From an uncultured Candidatus Saccharibacteria bacterium (GTDB taxonomy: Bacteria > Patescibacteriota > Minisyncoccia > Phycocordibacterales > UBA9973), in contig CAZQSY010000001.1 in the NCBI GenBank assembly GCA_964596395.1, positions 27,763 through 91,762 of the forward strand: 64,000 nt of DNA, given 5' to 3'. Every line of letters starts with the position of its first letter. Positions within the stretch are counted from its first letter, which is position 1. Positions 17,927 to 26,761 of this stretch are shown here, piece by piece. A program made the translations under genes and the position numbers. The notes beneath the pieces were generated by a model. It was not told where the DNA came from. It did not search any database and saw only the letters and a program-made list of their open reading frames with translations.

Positions 17927-20230
17927 TTACAACTTTTTGCCTTTAATGCGAAGCGAATTACCTACCACCGATACGCTAGACATAGCCATAGCGAAGCCGG
18001 CAAACACCGGCGACAAAAGCCAGCCGAAGATTGGATAAAAAATTCCAGAGGCGAGCGGTATGCCGACAATGTTGTAAATGAATGCCCAGAAAAGATTTTG
18101 CTTGATGCCGCGCATAGTCATCTTGGAAAGTTTGATTGCCTTGACTAATTTTGAAATATCGCCATTAAGCAGCGTGATGCCCGCCGATTCGATAGCTACG
18201 TCGGTGCCGGTAGCCATAGCGATGCCGACATCGGCCTGCGCCAAGGCCGGCGCATCATTCACGCCGTCGCCGGCCATCGCCACCACTTTACCCTGCGACT
18301 GCAGCTCTTTTATTTTTTCTAGTTTGTCCTGCGGCAAAACGTGGGCTATCACCTCGTCAATGCCGGCAAGCGAAGCTATGTACTTACCCGCCTTCTCTTC
18401 GTCGCCGGTCAGCATGATTACTTTGATTCCGAGCTTGTGCAAACTCGCCACCGCTTCTTTTGATTCTTTTTTGATTTCATCGGCCACCATCACAAATCCT
18501 AAAATCTTGTCTCGCGCGGCCAGAATAACCGGTGTTTTACCTTGGGTCGTGAAAACATCGAGATTCAAAGACCCAGTCTCCAGACCCAAATCCATAGCCA
18601 GTTTGGCGTTGCCGGCAAAATACTCTATTTCATCTATAATTCCTTTTACACCCTTGCCTTGAATGTTTTCAAATCCGGAAACATCCCTGGCTTCAATATT
18701 TTTTTCTTTGGCATAATTCATAATCGCGCTCGCAATCGGATGCTCGGATTTTTTCTCCAAAGATGCCAGTATCGCGACCAATTCTTCGTCTTTCAAATTT
18801 GAAAAGTTTTTGATGTCCACCAATGTCGGTTTGCCTAAAGTAATAGTGCCGGTCTTATCCACCACCACGGTATCAACCCTGTGAAGTTTTTCCAAAGTCG
18901 CCGCGTCCTTGATTAAAATTCCCTCCCTGGCGCCCTTGCCCACGCCGACGATAATCGCCGTCGGTGTAGCGAGCCCCAAAGCGCACGGACAGGCAATCAC
19001 CAAAATTCCCACAAAAGAAACCAGACCAAAAGAAAGCGCCTGGGAAAAACCGAGATAGCCCGTGCCAAAGATTAGCCAAGACCCAAGAGCAATAAAAGCG
19101 AGCGCCAAAACGACAGGCACAAAGACGCTTGAAATTTTGTCGGCCAAGGCCTGTATCGGCGCTTTGCTTCCCTGCGCTTCTTCTACCATTTTGATTATAT
19201 GGGCGAGCAATGTTTCAGAACCAACCTTGATTGCTTTGAAATTAAACGAACCGGTAGTGTTTATGGTGCCGGCTGTCACGCTGTCGCCCGCCTTTTTATC
19301 GGCCGGCATCGGCTCGCCGGTAACCATTGATTCATCAACGTACGAAGAGCCTTCGGTGATTACGCCGTCAACCGGGATCTTTGCTCCCGGCTTCACAATA
19401 ATCAAATCACCGTGAATTACTTCTTCAATTGGGATTTCAATCTCTTTGCCGCCGCGAATTACTAAAGCTGTCTTGGCTTGCAAATTCAAAAGTTTTTCAA
19501 TCGCGTCGCCGGTTTTTATTTTCGACTTCGCCTCCAAATATTTTCCGAGCGCGATGAAAGTAATCACGATAATCGTCACATCATAATAATTTGCGTCAAC
19601 ATTTATAAACGGCGCGAGTGTTTCTTCAAAAGCCGTGACCGCGAAACTGTACAGATACGCCGCGAGCGTTCCTATGCCTATGAGCGTGTCCATATTGGCA
19701 GCGCCGTGGCGCAGAAAGCGGTAGAAACCGAGAAGGTAGGGCTTGCCCACCACGAAAAGCACATAAGTCGCCATTACCGGCAAAAGATGATGAAAAAATT
19801 CCATCAGAATCGGATTCATCTCTGGCGTAACTTCATACTTTATTAAAATCTCCCAAACCATCACAAGAACGCTTATAACGGCCAGCGGCGCGGCTATATT
19901 TAATTTATTCCGCATATCGGCCAACTCAGCCAGTTTTTCCGTTTTGGACTGGCTCAATCCCAAGTGTGCTTTGTGTTCATTTTCACTCATACTCATTTCT
20001 TCGGCGGTCAAATGAGAAGAAGGGAGGATTAAAGAGTATCCAAACGGCTCTATTTTTTTAGATAAATTTTCGGGGCTAGTCTTTAAATTATCAAAGCTCA
20101 CTTTTACCGATTCCGTGCCGTAGTTCGCTTCCGCTTTTTCCACTCCTTCGGTTTTCTTGAAAGTTCTTTCGATAATTCCGGCACAAGAAGCGCAGTGCAT
20201 ACCTTTTATTTTGTAAGTTTCAGTTTTCAT
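17927..20230 (-). CDS. copA: copper-translocating P1B-type ATPase
   Basis: N-terminal HMA (GMHCASC), CPC (ACPCALG), DKTGT, MLTGD, GDGVNDAPAL. Confidence 0.9.
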   Translation of the reverse strand: MKTETYKIKGMHCASCAGIIERTFKKTEGVEKAEANYGTESVKVSFDNLKTSPENLSKKIEPFGYSLILPSSHLTAEEMSMSENEHKAHLGLSQSKTEKLAELADMRNKLNIAAPLAVISVLVMVWEILIKYEVTPEMNPILMEFFHHLLPVMATYVLFVVGKPYLLGFYRFLRHGAANMDTLIGIGTLAAYLYSFAVTAFEETLAPFINVDANYYDVTIIVITFIALGKYLEAKSKIKTGDAIEKLLNLQAKTALVIRGGKEIEIPIEEVIHGDLIIVKPGAKIPVDGVITEGSSYVDESMVTGEPMPADKKAGDSVTAGTINTTGSFNFKAIKVGSETLLAHIIKMVEEAQGSKAPIQALADKISSVFVPVVLALAFIALGSWLIFGTGYLGFSQALSFGLVSFVGILVIACPCALGLATPTAIIVGVGKGAREGILIKDAATLEKLHRVDTVVVDKTGTITLGKPTLVDIKNFSNLKDEELVAILASLEKKSEHPIASAIMNYAKEKNIEARDVSGFENIQGKGVKGIIDEIEYFAGNAKLAMDLGLETGSLNLDVFTTQGKTPVILAARDKILGFVMVADEIKKESKEAVASLHKLGIKVIMLTGDEEKAGKYIASLAGIDEVIAHVLPQDKLEKIKELQSQGKVVAMAGDGVNDAPALAQADVGIAMATGTDVAIESAGITLLNGDISKLVKAIKLSKMTMRGIKQNLFWAFIYNIVGIPLASGIFYPIFGWLLSPVFAGFAMAMSSVSVVGNSLRIKGKKL

Positions 20231-20237
20231 AAAAATT

Positions 20238-20501
20238 TTACTTGCGCTTTAACTGGTAAACTTTCAAAATTTCCTTAGTGGCTTTGCTCGTCTCGCCGTT
20301 CTTAATCTGATTCACCACGCAATGCCCCAAGTGACCCTCGAGCAGCTGGTCTTCGATATTAGAAAGACCCTGTTTCACGGCTGAAGTTTGGGTGATAATA
20401 TCAACACAGTACGAACCCTTCTCTACCATGCCTTGCAGCCCCCGAACCTGGCCTTCAAGTATTTTTAATCTCCTTAAAATTTTTCCTTTATTTGCTTGCA
20501 T
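20238..20501 (-). CDS. csoR: CsoR/RcnR-family copper-sensing transcriptional repressor
   Basis: 87 aa; Cys (SYCVD) and H-x3-C (GHLGHC) ligand pattern of CsoR. Confidence 0.8.
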   Translation of the reverse strand: MQANKGKILRRLKILEGQVRGLQGMVEKGSYCVDIITQTSAVKQGLSNIEDQLLEGHLGHCVVNQIKNGETSKATKEILKVYQLKRK

Positions 20502-20512
20502 GCCAAAAGTAT

Positions 20513-20530
20513 ATACCCCCCTGGGGGTAT
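20513..20530. promoter_or_regulatory. CsoR-type operator: GC-tract palindrome ATACCCCC-CT-GGGGGTAT
   Basis: perfect 8-bp arms seen in sequence, 12 bp upstream of csoR start; resembles B. subtilis copZA operator TACCC-N-GGGTA. Confidence 0.7.
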
Positions 20531-20633
20531 TGTCAAATAGAGTGTGGAAAACTATTTTTCAATAGCAAAAAATTTCTTCGTAAGCTCAGGATGTTCTTTT
20601 ATCGCCCCGGAATTTAAAACATATTTTGTCATT

Positions 20634-21083
20634 TCATCTAAGACGATTCGTGTCTCTTTTAATTTCTAAAGCTTTCTCGTCGCGCCATTTGAAATAATCT
20701 TTAAGTATTTCTTTGCTATAAAAAGCCAATTCCATTGTGTCTATCTCTTGTTTAGAAAAATACTGCAACTTTTGCCCTTCATGCAATTCAGTTTTTGCAA
20801 TATCCAAATCTATTTTTAAATAGAATACATATTCCGTTTTTTCTTTCCATTTATAAATCTTAAAAATGGGGGCGTCGGAAAATTCTAATTCTATTTCTTC
20901 TTTCATCTCTCTTCTAATGGCTTCAAGTGGGAAAGTTTCATACGGTTCAACTATTCCTCCGGGGATATCCCATTTATTTGGATATGGAATTTCTGGTTTA
21001 TCATCTCTTAATAAGAGCAGTATTTCTCCTTTTGTATTTTCAATTATCAGGCAAACAACTTTTTTCCTGTCTTGCTTTTTCAT
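20634..21083 (-). CDS. NUDIX hydrolase
   Basis: Nudix box GGIVEPYETFPLEAIRREMKEEIELE; track start at 21095 is TTG; internal ATG at 21083 overlaps stop of upstream micro-gene (ATGA). Confidence 0.75.
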   Translation of the reverse strand: MKKQDRKKVVCLIIENTKGEILLLLRDDKPEIPYPNKWDIPGGIVEPYETFPLEAIRREMKEEIELEFSDAPIFKIYKWKEKTEYVFYLKIDLDIAKTELHEGQKLQYFSKQEIDTMELAFYSKEILKDYFKWRDEKALEIKRDTNRLR

Positions 21084-21259
21084 CTTCTTTTCCAATCTTT
21101 CACTAACAATCCGCCTCGGACTTTGACGACAACAACTTTTTGTTTTTCCTTCCAGCCAAGTCCAGCCAAAAAATCTTTTGGTATCGTGACCGCGATAGAA
21201 CCCTTGCCGACTTTTGTCAGCTTGCGAATATTTTTATTAATGAGTTTTTGCGTGGGCAT
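21080..21259 (-). CDS. unannotated 59-aa SpoVT/AbrB (MazE-like) protein, paralog of 1208..1438
   Basis: manual translation MPTQKLINKNIRKLTKVGKGSIAVTIPKDFLAGLGWKEKQKVVVVKVRGGLLVKDWKRR; shares GWKEKQK...DWK with first paralog. Confidence 0.55.
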   Translation of the reverse strand: MPTQKLINKNIRKLTKVGKGSIAVTIPKDFLAGLGWKEKQKVVVVKVRGGLLVKDWKRR

Positions 21260-21261
21260 AT

Positions 21262-21290
21262 GTATGCAAGTAATATATTACGTAATGTAT
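21262..21290. promoter_or_regulatory. tandem 12-bp palindromes GTAATATATTAC / GTAATGTATTAC immediately upstream of AbrB-like micro-gene
   Basis: seen directly. Confidence 0.3.
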
Positions 21291-21405
21291 TACTTACCTT
21301 GATTTTAGCATGAATAAAATTAACTTAATATCAGTAACTTCTACATAACGAGAATCGTTCTCTCTAAATATGTTTGACTAGGCCTTGTGTTTGACTAGGC
21401 CTTGC

Positions 21406-21831
21406 CTAGTAAAAGATTTCAAACGGGTCAAAATTTTCTTTCAGCAGATTCTCGAGAGGTATGAAAAGCGGTCTCGGCAGGTTATCCCATTCAAACCATC
21501 CGAATTCTGTACATTTGTTCGGTTCCATTATACGGGGTTCGCCGCTATCGTAATCGGCGACAACGAACAAAGTCACATAATGCTTGCCTTCTTTGGAAAA
21601 AATGTCATTGGTAAAACACGCCTTTTTAATATTTTTTATCGTTATCCCCATTTCTTCCATCACTTCCCTTCTGGCGCAATCTTCTATACTTTCGCCAAAT
21701 TCCAGATGCCCGCCCGTAAGATTCCAAGTCCCCGCGCCGTGGGACCCTTGACGTTTCCAAAGTAAAACTTTCCCGTCTTTTCTAACCACCACGCCAACTC
21801 CCACCTTCGGTCTCTCTTTTTCGCTTTGCAT
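21406..21831 (-). CDS. NUDIX hydrolase (MutT-like)
   Basis: Nudix box GGHLEFGESIEDCARREVMEEMGI. Confidence 0.75.
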   Translation of the reverse strand: MQSEKERPKVGVGVVVRKDGKVLLWKRQGSHGAGTWNLTGGHLEFGESIEDCARREVMEEMGITIKNIKKACFTNDIFSKEGKHYVTLFVVADYDSGEPRIMEPNKCTEFGWFEWDNLPRPLFIPLENLLKENFDPFEIFY

Positions 21832-21881
21832 AATTAGAATTGTGTTCGACTAATCCTTGCCTAGTAAAAATTTTTCAATTT

Positions 21882-22190
21882 CTACAGCACCGAAGTTAAA
21901 ATTAGGGAGCCGACCGAGAGAACCACAAAGCCGGCGAAGGTGCCGAGGGTTTTGAAAAAGAAAGCGAGCGCTTCACTCTTTCGATTTTCCAGAAAAAGCG
22001 AAAGGGGCTGGTAGAAAAATAATGCCCCCATCAAGGCCGCCGAGAACACCAAGAGGGATAACATGGTGATCGGCATCAAAATCGTTTCTTCTATGCTTGA
22101 ATCTTCAAAAGAACTAAGAGCAAGAACGATAACGATAATGTAGGCCGCCGCAAGCAACGCGTTTAAATATGGATTTTTAAGCATGGGCAT
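21882..22190 (-). CDS. small 3-TM membrane protein, hypothetical
   Basis: hydrophobic profile only. Confidence 0.3.
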   Translation of the reverse strand: MPMLKNPYLNALLAAAYIIVIVLALSSFEDSSIEETILMPITMLSLLVFSAALMGALFFYQPLSLFLENRKSEALAFFFKTLGTFAGFVVLSVGSLILTSVL

Positions 22191-22200
22191 ATTATACCAA

Positions 22201-22238
22201 AAAACACCCCGAATGAAATCGGGGTGTTTTTTTCTAGC
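22201..22238. terminator. bidirectional rho-independent terminator (stem CACCCCGA/TCGGGGTG flanked by A- and T-runs)
   Basis: aaaaaacaccccgaatgaaatcggggtgttttttt. Confidence 0.6.
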
Positions 22239-22548
22239 TGGTTCTTGTAAAACCAGGTTTACATCTTCGCGTTTTCCCCTTCAGTGGGAGTCTGCGGAGT
22301 TGCGGGTTGTCCTCCTGCTGGTGGGGTAGTTGTCGTATCGCCTTCTGCCATAGTGTTTTTGAGTTAACTGACAATAGCACAAAAAAGGTAGACGACTACA
22401 CTACCTAGTTTGTTATCTTTATTATACACGAAAAAGTGAAAAAAACAATAGGAAGCAATGGTTCAATACCTTGAAATCACCCAAGTCAACTGAATCTTTT
22501 TTGGGCCTAATCAGCACTCATCCGTCGCCTTGTTCGCCTATTCGCGCG

Positions 22549-22568
22549 CCTGTCTGCCGGCAGGCAGG
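22549..22568. repeat. 20-nt palindromic repeat CCTGTCTGCCGGCAGGCAGG (1-mismatch copy of the element found at 27766 and 28142)
   Basis: seen directly. Confidence 0.6.
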
Positions 22569-22588
22569 AATTAGAGAATAAACATTTT

Positions 22589-23164
22589 CTAACGAGCTTC
22601 TCCTTCAAAATCAGGCACCACGATACCCCATCGCATACTCGCCGGGTCGAGCTTGAGATAAATGCTTTTGCCCACAGACGGCTCGGCGGTCATCGGCTCC
22701 CCTGCCGCGCGCTCGGCATAATTCACGACAATAACATTCTTGTGCCTCGGGTTTGGGCTCGATTCAATCGTTTGCGGGGCGATACGATCACCCAAAAAGT
22801 AGCCATCCGAACCGGCGTAGCCCTTTCCAGCATCAAGCGCGGCGACCGCGTAATAGAAAACGCCAGAGCCGCCAGTTTCTTGCGTTAGAATAAAAACTGC
22901 GTCTTCTTCGCCGTCATCGTTCAAATCTATCCGCAAATCACTGCCGAAGTAGCGAGTGATAATTTTTGAAGCCGAACCGGGAGCAGATTCCTCTTGCGCA
23001 ACTCCATTTTCAAGCTTTACCCTTTCTCCTTCAATGACATACTCTATATTTTTATAATCGGCCGAGACAGCCGGCTGTCGCTCTTTGTCGGCAAACGAAT
23101 TAAATAAAAGAAAGCTTGTTGCGGCTATAACAACAACGCCTAGGACAAAAAATGGTTTTTTCAT
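22589..23164 (-). CDS. hypothetical secreted/lipoprotein-like protein
   Basis: N-terminal signal/TM; no family recognised. Confidence 0.3.
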   Translation of the reverse strand: MKKPFFVLGVVVIAATSFLLFNSFADKERQPAVSADYKNIEYVIEGERVKLENGVAQEESAPGSASKIITRYFGSDLRIDLNDDGEEDAVFILTQETGGSGVFYYAVAALDAGKGYAGSDGYFLGDRIAPQTIESSPNPRHKNVIVVNYAERAAGEPMTAEPSVGKSIYLKLDPASMRWGIVVPDFEGEAR

Positions 23165-23291
23165 TTTTATATGATAGCAAATTATTATTCTTTATTCTCC
23201 CTTATAGTATTTTCAGATGTGAGAATCTGTGTTTTTTAACTCTTTATATTCAACAAAAAATGTGTTAAGTTAAGGGCGTTGAAACATATTT

Positions 23292-23365
23292 TGCGGGATC
23301 GTCTAAAGGTAGGACGTCGCTCTCTGAAAGCGAAAATTTTGGTTCGATTCCAAGTCCCGCAGCCA
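23292..23365 (+). tRNA. tRNA-Gln (anticodon CUG), CCA encoded
   Basis: hand-folded cloverleaf: U1-A72, G73 discriminator (Gln-like), D 4 bp, anticodon stem TCGCT/AGCGA, loop CUCUGAA, T-loop TTCGATT. Confidence 0.75.
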
Positions 23366-23385
23366 TATTGTATGAATTAAAAAAA

Positions 23386-23409
23386 TAATACGTATTATAA
23401 TACGTATTG
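23386..23409. repeat. tandem duplicate of self-complementary motif ATAATACGTATT between convergent tRNA-Gln and pyrG
   Basis: seen directly; possible AT-rich hairpin terminator. Confidence 0.3.
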
Positions 23410-23477
23410 AAATACTTACATGACCAATATAAATAGAAAGCGGCACGAAAGAAATAAGAGGGCCAAATCCCGGAAAA

Positions 23478-25112
23478 TTACTTCTTCCTTCCCCGGACAG
23501 CTGCTTTAACGAAAGCCAAAAAAAGCGGATGTGGCGCGAGCGGGCGGGATTTAAACTCGGGATGAAACTGGGTGCCGAGGTAAAACGGATGCGTTCTTTT
23601 CGGCAGTTCGGCAATCTCCATCAGCACTCCGTCGGGCGATCGGCCTGAAAAAACGAGCCCCGCTTTTTCCAAGCCCTCCACATAATTGTTGTTTACCTCG
23701 TAGCGATGGCGGTGGCGCTCGGAAATTTTCGCCGATTTGTACGCCCCCTCGGCCACGCTCCCCTTCTTCAAGACAGCCGGGTACGCGCCCAAGCGCATGG
23801 TCGCGCCGTAATTTTTGCTTTTTATTTTTTCCACCTGGTCGGCCATGGTAGAAATCACCGGGTCGGGCGTCTTCGAGTCAAGTTCGGTAGAATTCGCCCG
23901 CTTGAGACCCAGCGCCTCGCGCGCAAAAGCGATGGTCATAATCTGCATGCCGAGACATAGCCCGAAGTAAGGAATCTTTTTCTCGCGGGCGTAACCCGCG
24001 GCTAAAATCATGCCTTCAGTACCTCGCTTGCCGAAACCGCCAGGAACAACAATTCCATCTAAGCCGTCAAGCTCTTTCAAAAGGCCTTTGTTGCCCTCGT
24101 ATTTTTCAGAATCCAGCCACAATATCTCGGCCTTACGGCCGGCGGCCCAGGTGGCGTGATTGATTGACTCAATCACCGAAATGTAAGTATCCTTGCAGGA
24201 TTTGAAATTAAAATATTTCCCGACGATGCCGATACGAACTTTCTTGTCTATCTTTTTTATTTTATTGGTAAGCGCCACCCAATCTTTGAGGTCGCGCTCG
24301 CGCGGTTTAAGCCCCAGCGTCCCAAGCAAGGTGGCGCCCAAATTTTCTTTTTCAAAATTTACCGGCACGTCGTAGATAGAATACACATCGGGCGCCGAGA
24401 TTATCCGCTCTACGGGTATGCTACAAACATTGCTGATAGTCCGCTTTATGTCGGGCGAAGCGGGGCGGTCAGAACGGCAAATTACGAAATCGGGATTCAA
24501 CCCCACAGAATGCAGGTCGATTACCGCGCGCTGGGTCGGCTTTGATTTCTGCTCGCCCAAAAGCGAAGGCGTGGGCAGATAGCTCACCAAGATGATAAAT
24601 ACATCTTCGGGATTTTTTGCCTTCATCATCCGAGCGGCTTCTAGAAAAGGAAAAAGCTGATATTCTCCCACCGTACCGCCGAATTCAACCACCGTTACAT
24701 CTGAATTATTTTTTTTCTGGCAGACATTTATCCTTCTGATTATTTCTTTCGGTATGTCGGGATACACTTCTACGTCTTCGCCGTCGTATTCGAGATTGCG
24801 CTCGCGGCGGATCACCTCGGCATAGACCTGGCCGGTAGTAATGTAATCATCCCGGGTGCAAACCTGCCCGGTAAAGCGCTCATAATTGCCCAAGTCCTGG
24901 TCGGCTTCGATACCGTCTTCGCCCACAAAAACCTCGCCGTGTTCAGCCGGCCGTATGGTGCCGGCGTCGATATTCACGTACATATCGGCTTTTAAATTAG
25001 CAACACGATATCCGCGTGACTGTATGATTTTTCCGATAGAGGCCGCGGTCACTCCCTTCCCCACAGAAGACATAACTCCTCCCACCACAAAAATGTATTT
25101 TGCTTTTGACAT
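23478..25112 (-). CDS. pyrG: CTP synthase
   Basis: KYIFVVGGVMSSVGKG N-terminus, GLCLGMQ glutamine amidotransferase Cys motif. Confidence 0.9.
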   Translation of the reverse strand: MSKAKYIFVVGGVMSSVGKGVTAASIGKIIQSRGYRVANLKADMYVNIDAGTIRPAEHGEVFVGEDGIEADQDLGNYERFTGQVCTRDDYITTGQVYAEVIRRERNLEYDGEDVEVYPDIPKEIIRRINVCQKKNNSDVTVVEFGGTVGEYQLFPFLEAARMMKAKNPEDVFIILVSYLPTPSLLGEQKSKPTQRAVIDLHSVGLNPDFVICRSDRPASPDIKRTISNVCSIPVERIISAPDVYSIYDVPVNFEKENLGATLLGTLGLKPRERDLKDWVALTNKIKKIDKKVRIGIVGKYFNFKSCKDTYISVIESINHATWAAGRKAEILWLDSEKYEGNKGLLKELDGLDGIVVPGGFGKRGTEGMILAAGYAREKKIPYFGLCLGMQIMTIAFAREALGLKRANSTELDSKTPDPVISTMADQVEKIKSKNYGATMRLGAYPAVLKKGSVAEGAYKSAKISERHRHRYEVNNNYVEGLEKAGLVFSGRSPDGVLMEIAELPKRTHPFYLGTQFHPEFKSRPLAPHPLFLAFVKAAVRGRKK

Positions 25113-25136
25113 GCAGGATTTGGTTAATTCTTAATC

Positions 25137-26069
25137 TTACTTGTTCAGGTACTTCCTCACCGCTATAAAACTTGAAATCATTCCCAGCACCACTCCGGAC
25201 AACAAAAGTATCACGATAAACTGCAGAAGATTATCGGTGTAGTAGGCGTACAAGTCAAGCCCCAGGAAGTTTCCCAAATTCGAGCTCAGATACGCCGTGG
25301 CCGGCAGAAACAGCACCAAGGCGAAGGCGGTGGCAATAATTCCGTAGATTGCGCCCTCTACCATAAAAGGCCCCCGTACGCGCATTTTTGAGGCCCCCAC
25401 CAGGCGCATGACGCTGATTTCCTCCCGCGCGATAAAAATCGTCAAGCGAATGGTATTGAATGTGATTACCACGGAAACGATAATCAGCAGAAAAGTGAGT
25501 ATCAGCCCCAATTTCTGCGCTCCGCCGATAATATTGCTCAAACGGTCTATCACCAGCTTGTTTTGGTGATAGTTCACCTTGTCTACGATTGAAGAATAGC
25601 CCGAAGAAAGCGCGCTGTCTTCTTTCATAAAATTCGCGATGCTTTCGTACTGCGAAACTTCTTTGGCTTTCACATTAAGGTATGCCCCCAAAGGGTTTTC
25701 ATTTATCTCGTCGAGCGCCGCGATGGTGGGATAATCGTTTTTATGCCGTTCGCGGAAAAGCGCCAAAGCTTCTTCGGCCCCGACGTAAGTTATCTTGTCG
25801 ACTTCGGGCAGTTTCTCTAGGGATTCTTTGAGCGAGAGTATGCGGTTCTCGGGCGCGCCTACCACAAAGTAGATCGTCACGTCCACTTTTTCTTTTATTT
25901 CAAAAAGGGCATTGTTTAGTACCGCGCTCAAAAGAAGGATGGCGCCGATGACAGAAAGAGTAATGGTGACCACCAGCACGGCCGCCCAAGAAGTAGCCCC
26001 GGTGCGCCCGAAATTTACAAAGCCGGCTTTTATTATTCTTCTAAATTCTGTCATTTTGCGATGGCTCAT
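25137..26069 (-). CDS. ftsX: cell division ABC transporter permease FtsX
   Basis: 4 TM with large first periplasmic loop, adjacent to ftsE. Confidence 0.75.
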   Translation of the reverse strand: MSHRKMTEFRRIIKAGFVNFGRTGATSWAAVLVVTITLSVIGAILLLSAVLNNALFEIKEKVDVTIYFVVGAPENRILSLKESLEKLPEVDKITYVGAEEALALFRERHKNDYPTIAALDEINENPLGAYLNVKAKEVSQYESIANFMKEDSALSSGYSSIVDKVNYHQNKLVIDRLSNIIGGAQKLGLILTFLLIIVSVVITFNTIRLTIFIAREEISVMRLVGASKMRVRGPFMVEGAIYGIIATAFALVLFLPATAYLSSNLGNFLGLDLYAYYTDNLLQFIVILLLSGVVLGMISSFIAVRKYLNK

Positions 26070-26749
26070 TATATAACATACTTCCCGTTCTTGTCATCAC
26101 GCACTATTTTGCCTCTTTCCATGGTAATCACCCGCTTGCCGACGGCCTCGACTACCCCTTTGTTGTGAGTCGTCAGAATCACAGTCGTGCCGAGGTCGTT
26201 TATTTTTTTCAGAATTTGGATAATCTCGTGGGCGTTTATGGCATCGAGGTTGCCGGTCGGCTCGTCGGCTATGATGAGTTCGGGCTGATTGATAATCGCG
26301 CGGGCAATGGCCAGGCGCTGCTGTTCCCCGCCCGACATCTCGTAAGGAAAGTGCCCCGTCTTGGCCGACAAATCCACCAGCTCAAGCACGTGCGGCACAT
26401 CCATCTCTATCTCGTCGTTTTTCTTGCCCACCGCTTCCATAGCGAAAGCGATATTTTCATAAGCGGTCTTGTTCGGAAGCAGGCGGAAATCCTGAAAGAC
26501 CACCCCGATTCTCTGGCGAAGTTTGGTGAGCTCGTTACCCCGAAGCTTCGGCACATTCACGGATTCAAAAAAAACCGTCCCCTCGGTCGGGACATCTTCG
26601 GCCAGAATCATTTTTACCAGCGTGGTCTTGCCGGCGCCCGAGTGGCCCACCACCGATACGAATTCTCCCGACGTGACTGTGAGCGTCACATCCTGTAAAG
26701 CCACCGAGTTCTTGTTGTATATCTTCGAAACGTTGTTAAAGTAAATCAC
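26069..26749 (-). CDS. ftsE: cell division ATP-binding protein FtsE
   Basis: Walker A GHSGAGKTT, ABC signature LSGGEQQR, Walker B IIADEPT. Confidence 0.85.
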   Translation of the reverse strand: MIYFNNVSKIYNKNSVALQDVTLTVTSGEFVSVVGHSGAGKTTLVKMILAEDVPTEGTVFFESVNVPKLRGNELTKLRQRIGVVFQDFRLLPNKTAYENIAFAMEAVGKKNDEIEMDVPHVLELVDLSAKTGHFPYEMSGGEQQRLAIARAIINQPELIIADEPTGNLDAINAHEIIQILKKINDLGTTVILTTHNKGVVEAVGKRVITMERGKIVRDDKNGKYVI

Positions 26750-26761
26750 CTAAGCATTTTA

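Noticed and set aside
23303-23614. 103-aa minus-strand ORF between pyrG and tRNA-Gln
   Set aside because: It overlaps the tRNA-Gln gene antisense and the 3' end of pyrG, is low-complexity, and has no recognisable domain; treated as spurious.
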